A stretch of 22,919 bases of DNA, taken from the NCBI GenBank assembly GCA_044359815.1, contig JBIKLL010000039.1, forward strand, positions 1 through 22,919, given 5' to 3'. Made by a program: the position numbers and the translations under genes. The notes below the pieces were generated by a model, which did not search any database, had not been told where the DNA came from, and saw nothing but the letters and a program-made list of their open reading frames with translations. This DNA is from Pseudobdellovibrionaceae bacterium (GTDB lineage: Bacteria; Bdellovibrionota; Bdellovibrionia; Bdellovibrionales; Bdellovibrionaceae). Below, one piece after another: positions 20,685 to 22,919 of the stretch. Every line of letters starts with the position of its first letter. Positions within the stretch are counted from its first letter, which is position 1.

Positions 20685-20764
20685 CTGTACAGAAAACTAA
20701 CAGACGAAAGAAAATCCAAAATTTTATATATTTCGGGGGATAAATCATTATCGAAAGGCTGATT

Positions 20765-21193
20765 ATGAAAATGAATTTTCTAGCTGCAGTAATTGCTTTC
20801 TCATTTGTGAGCAATGTTCAGGCAAGTGACCTGCCATTGGAGCTTATTAATTTTCAACAAAGTCTAGATTTGGCGGAAAGTTTTGCGGAGAAAAATGAGA
20901 CTAATATTGAGTCCCAAAAAGCTGGTTTTTGCTATGAAGACTTAGCATCAATAAAATTCCATGGAAGACAGGTTTTCAAGCGGCTTCTTGATTATACTGA
21001 CATCTCCAAAACCAGCGATATTCAAATAGCCAGGGAGAGAAATTCCTTTTTCTATGGGTACGCTGCTTTTGATAGTTTTTGCTCAGGCAAGCAAATAGAT
21101 GGAAAAGTTGCTTCTCTAGAAGATGTGAAAAATTCTATCTCTATGCACATAGAGAATGCGGTAAAGGTACGAAAGCTCATTATCCAACGCTAG
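20765..21193 (+). CDS. Hypothetical secreted protein
   Basis: Signal peptide MKMNFLAAVIAFSFVSNVQA; two Cys; no family recognised. Confidence 0.8.
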   Translation: MKMNFLAAVIAFSFVSNVQASDLPLELINFQQSLDLAESFAEKNETNIESQKAGFCYEDLASIKFHGRQVFKRLLDYTDISKTSDIQIARERNSFFYGYAAFDSFCSGKQIDGKVASLEDVKNSISMHIENAVKVRKLIIQR

Positions 21194-21286
21194 AATGCCT
21201 TCCCATAATCCCTGGTCCACTGATAGCCAATCAATTTCAGTTACCTAGATTCAAACTGAACCTTTTGAAGCAAGAGGTTACGCTGC

Positions 21287-21574
21287 TTAGGCCGCTTTAG
21301 TCCTCAGAGCCACTTTTATTTTTAATGCTGATCTGATTTCCACTAACTTGTCGATTGTCATGTGGCCGACTTGGCCAGAAAATATCTTTGAAACCCTGTC
21401 TTGAGTCAGTCCTGGAAACATTGACGCCAGCTTTCTTTGGCTTACGTGGTGGTCGCTGCAATATTCTTTAATTGCATCGATCAGATCAAATTTGATTTTG
21501 AAAACTTGGAAATCAATGCCCCAGTTGCTGGCAAGGCTTTCAAGACTTTGTGGATTTAATTTTTGATTCTTCAT
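21287..21574 (-). CDS. XRE-family HTH protein (HigA-like, apparently orphan antitoxin)
   Basis: VSQRKLASMFPGLTQDRVSKIFSG...MTIDKLVEI; GGAGG SD; ends in KAA. Confidence 0.85.
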   Translation of the reverse strand: MKNQKLNPQSLESLASNWGIDFQVFKIKFDLIDAIKEYCSDHHVSQRKLASMFPGLTQDRVSKIFSGQVGHMTIDKLVEIRSALKIKVALRTKAA

Positions 21575-21607
21575 ATTTGAATCCTCCGAATCCGATTACG
21601 GGTTACA

Positions 21608-22063
21608 TCAAGGGAAATGCCTGATGTGGAAATTTGATTTTCTCGTAGAAACCGAATAAGCTCGGGACATTGCAAGAGCAATATCATCTTTATCCAATGT
21701 CAAAATCTCAACTATATTAAAATCAAGAGAAACGCTGCACATGTAAAAGTCTGCAAAATCGTATTCATTTTTGTAGGTTGATTCGCAATATTTTTCGTAA
21801 AGCTCAATTTCCCGTTTTTCGTTTGTGGGATAAAGTTCGATGTGCAACAGACTCAAGTTTTTTCGGATATCTTTCGGAGAAATTACTTTTTGGGTTTTAA
21901 AAAATAATTCCACCAAACACGGGGTTACAATGTGCCTTGAAGCATGTGGGAATCTATCAGCAAATTGCAACGCGAGGTCTGCGATCTTTTCTTCTGTTTT
22001 ATTTTTATTGAAAAAACCTACTAAAATTGAAGTATCAAAAAAGATGGCTTGGGGATTACTCAA
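21608..22063 (-). CDS. PIN domain protein (VapC-like)
   Basis: IFFDTSIL, CLVEL, YDFADF, ILTLDKDD acidic residues. Probable TTG start 22063 with AAGGA SD overlapping the upstream stop (151 aa). Confidence 0.8.
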   Translation of the reverse strand: MSNPQAIFFDTSILVGFFNKNKTEEKIADLALQFADRFPHASRHIVTPCLVELFFKTQKVISPKDIRKNLSLLHIELYPTNEKREIELYEKYCESTYKNEYDFADFYMCSVSLDFNIVEILTLDKDDIALAMSRAYSVSTRKSNFHIRHFP

Positions 22064-22307
22064 AAAGCGATTCCTTAACTTTTCTCCCGGCATTGTCACC
22101 AAGGTCTACTTTTACCAAATTAGATGTGTCGGTGCCGTTTTCAGATAAAATGCCAAGACGTGATCGAATGACAGATTCTTTGCCTTCAGGTGACAAGTGC
22201 GGCAGATCATTCTCAACTTGCTTGCGAATTTCATTTTCCAGTGGACCGTTCTTTTTTCCCAAATCTGGAGCGCCAGCGTTTATTATTACTTTTTCTATTT
22301 CCGACAT
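22056..22307 (-). CDS. Hypothetical 83-aa protein, candidate partner/antitoxin of the PIN protein
   Basis: AGGAGGA SD; stop overlaps the PIN start; no family recognised. Confidence 0.7.
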   Translation of the reverse strand: MSEIEKVIINAGAPDLGKKNGPLENEIRKQVENDLPHLSPEGKESVIRSRLGILSENGTDTSNLVKVDLGDNAGRKVKESLFE

Positions 22308-22413
22308 TGGGTCCTCCTGATAATTGTCTACTTATATTAAGTTTTGACTTTTTTCGACAGCAAAACGGTTAAAATGCAATATACCTGATTTAAAAAACAA
22401 ATCGTACGCTATC

Positions 22414-22625
22414 TTAGATATATGCAATCTGCTGACCATATTTATCCGGACAATGTCGGCCATTAGCATAGTTCCTAAAATATTCAGCTAATTCTTTTGT
22501 GGACCAACCCTCAACCCAGCGTAAACCTGCCAGCTCCGCTAAATTCAGCCTTGGTTCCCGCCACTGAGTTGGATAGGTTAAGACCCAGCAAAGTGGTTCT
22601 TCTACCTTAGGCCCGCGGGCACCAA
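22414..22625 (-). pseudogene. HTH-like fragment abutting the right repeat, possibly a recombinase C-terminal tail
   Basis: Frame reads through the reversed tRNA end (IGARGP) into LAELAGLRWVEGWSTKELAEYF; no credible start of its own. Confidence 0.35.
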
Positions 22626-22694
22626 TCGAAATAAAAAAGGCCGGGTTCACCCCGGCTTTTTTATTTTACGTGGTCTGTGAATTGGGGACTTGAA
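22619..22694 (+). repeat. Right copy of ~75-bp direct repeat (att-like), including terminator hairpin
   Basis: GCACCAA + AAATAAAAAAG(G)CCGGGTTCACCCCGGCTTTTTTATTTT + ACGTGGTCTGTGAATTGGGGACTTGAA. Confidence 0.95.
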
Positions 22695-22750
22695 CGAGAA
22701 TTTTCGGCCGCAACATATGCGAACATATTTGAGCATTTGTTGTGGCAAGG

Positions 22751-22792
22751 TATGCAGGATGCATAGCTTAGAAAATTATCCTGCCAAGGAAT
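22751..22792 (+). repeat. 42-bp repeat, copy B
   Basis: 38/42 identical to 20643-20684; perfect TATGCA-GGA-TGCATA hairpin. Confidence 0.9.
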
Positions 22793-22919
22793 GAGCAATC
22801 GTGCAGAGGTAGCCCAAGGTTTTGAATCTGCGAAAGCTGCGCTCATAAAAGCCTTTTAGGCCAGTGTATTTGGAGTCCTGTGGGTCAGTGTCGACCCTCT
22901 GCTCGGACTGCGACTGTTT

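Larger units (their letters stand above)
19082..22694. mobile_element. tRNA-Leu-anchored genomic islet without an integrase
   Basis: Flanking direct repeats that start at the tRNA 3' end; cargo of GNAT, TA-type genes and pseudogenes in mixed orientation. Confidence 0.75.

Noticed and set aside
19088..22620. Prophage or classical integron
   Set aside because: No phage structural genes, no intI, and no attC sites with RYYYAAC/GTTRRRY ends were recognised.
22600..22625. Second tRNA gene at the right repeat
   Set aside because: Only GCACCA matches; there is no T-arm, anticodon arm or D-arm upstream.
22776..22919. Minus-strand frame open from the window edge to a TAA at 22776 (47 codons)
   Set aside because: Could be the 3' end of an outside gene, but it is too short and motif-free to support.

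Overview
Bacterial chromosomal window. The gene set and protein style suggest a Bdellovibrionota-like organism, which is inference only. Bases 1-17.6 kb are core genes: partial heme A synthase (ctaA, missed by the ORF track), ABC1/UbiB kinase, Nudix hydrolase, YoaK/DUF1275 plus Na+/Pi cotransporter, a ~10 kb minus-strand run queA-tgt-yajC-secD-secF-recJ-hyp-queC-DUF366-like-degenerate HD-GYP, and a divergent glyoxylate shunt operon aceB-aceA. Bases 17.6-18.5 kb hold a 91-bp tandem/inverted repeat cluster and an unannotated 47-aa membrane peptide with structured flanks. A tRNA-Leu(GAG) at 19003-19087 anchors a ~3.5 kb accessory island bounded by a ~75-bp direct repeat. The island has no integrase and carries structured spacers built from tRNA T-arm copies, a GNAT, an internally deleted RelE/HigB-type toxin, two XRE antitoxin-like genes, a PIN module and a possible recombinase tail. 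Best candidates for new biology: (i) the tRNA-anchored cassette region with tRNA-derived structured spacers, and (ii) the DUF366-like gene coupled to queC.
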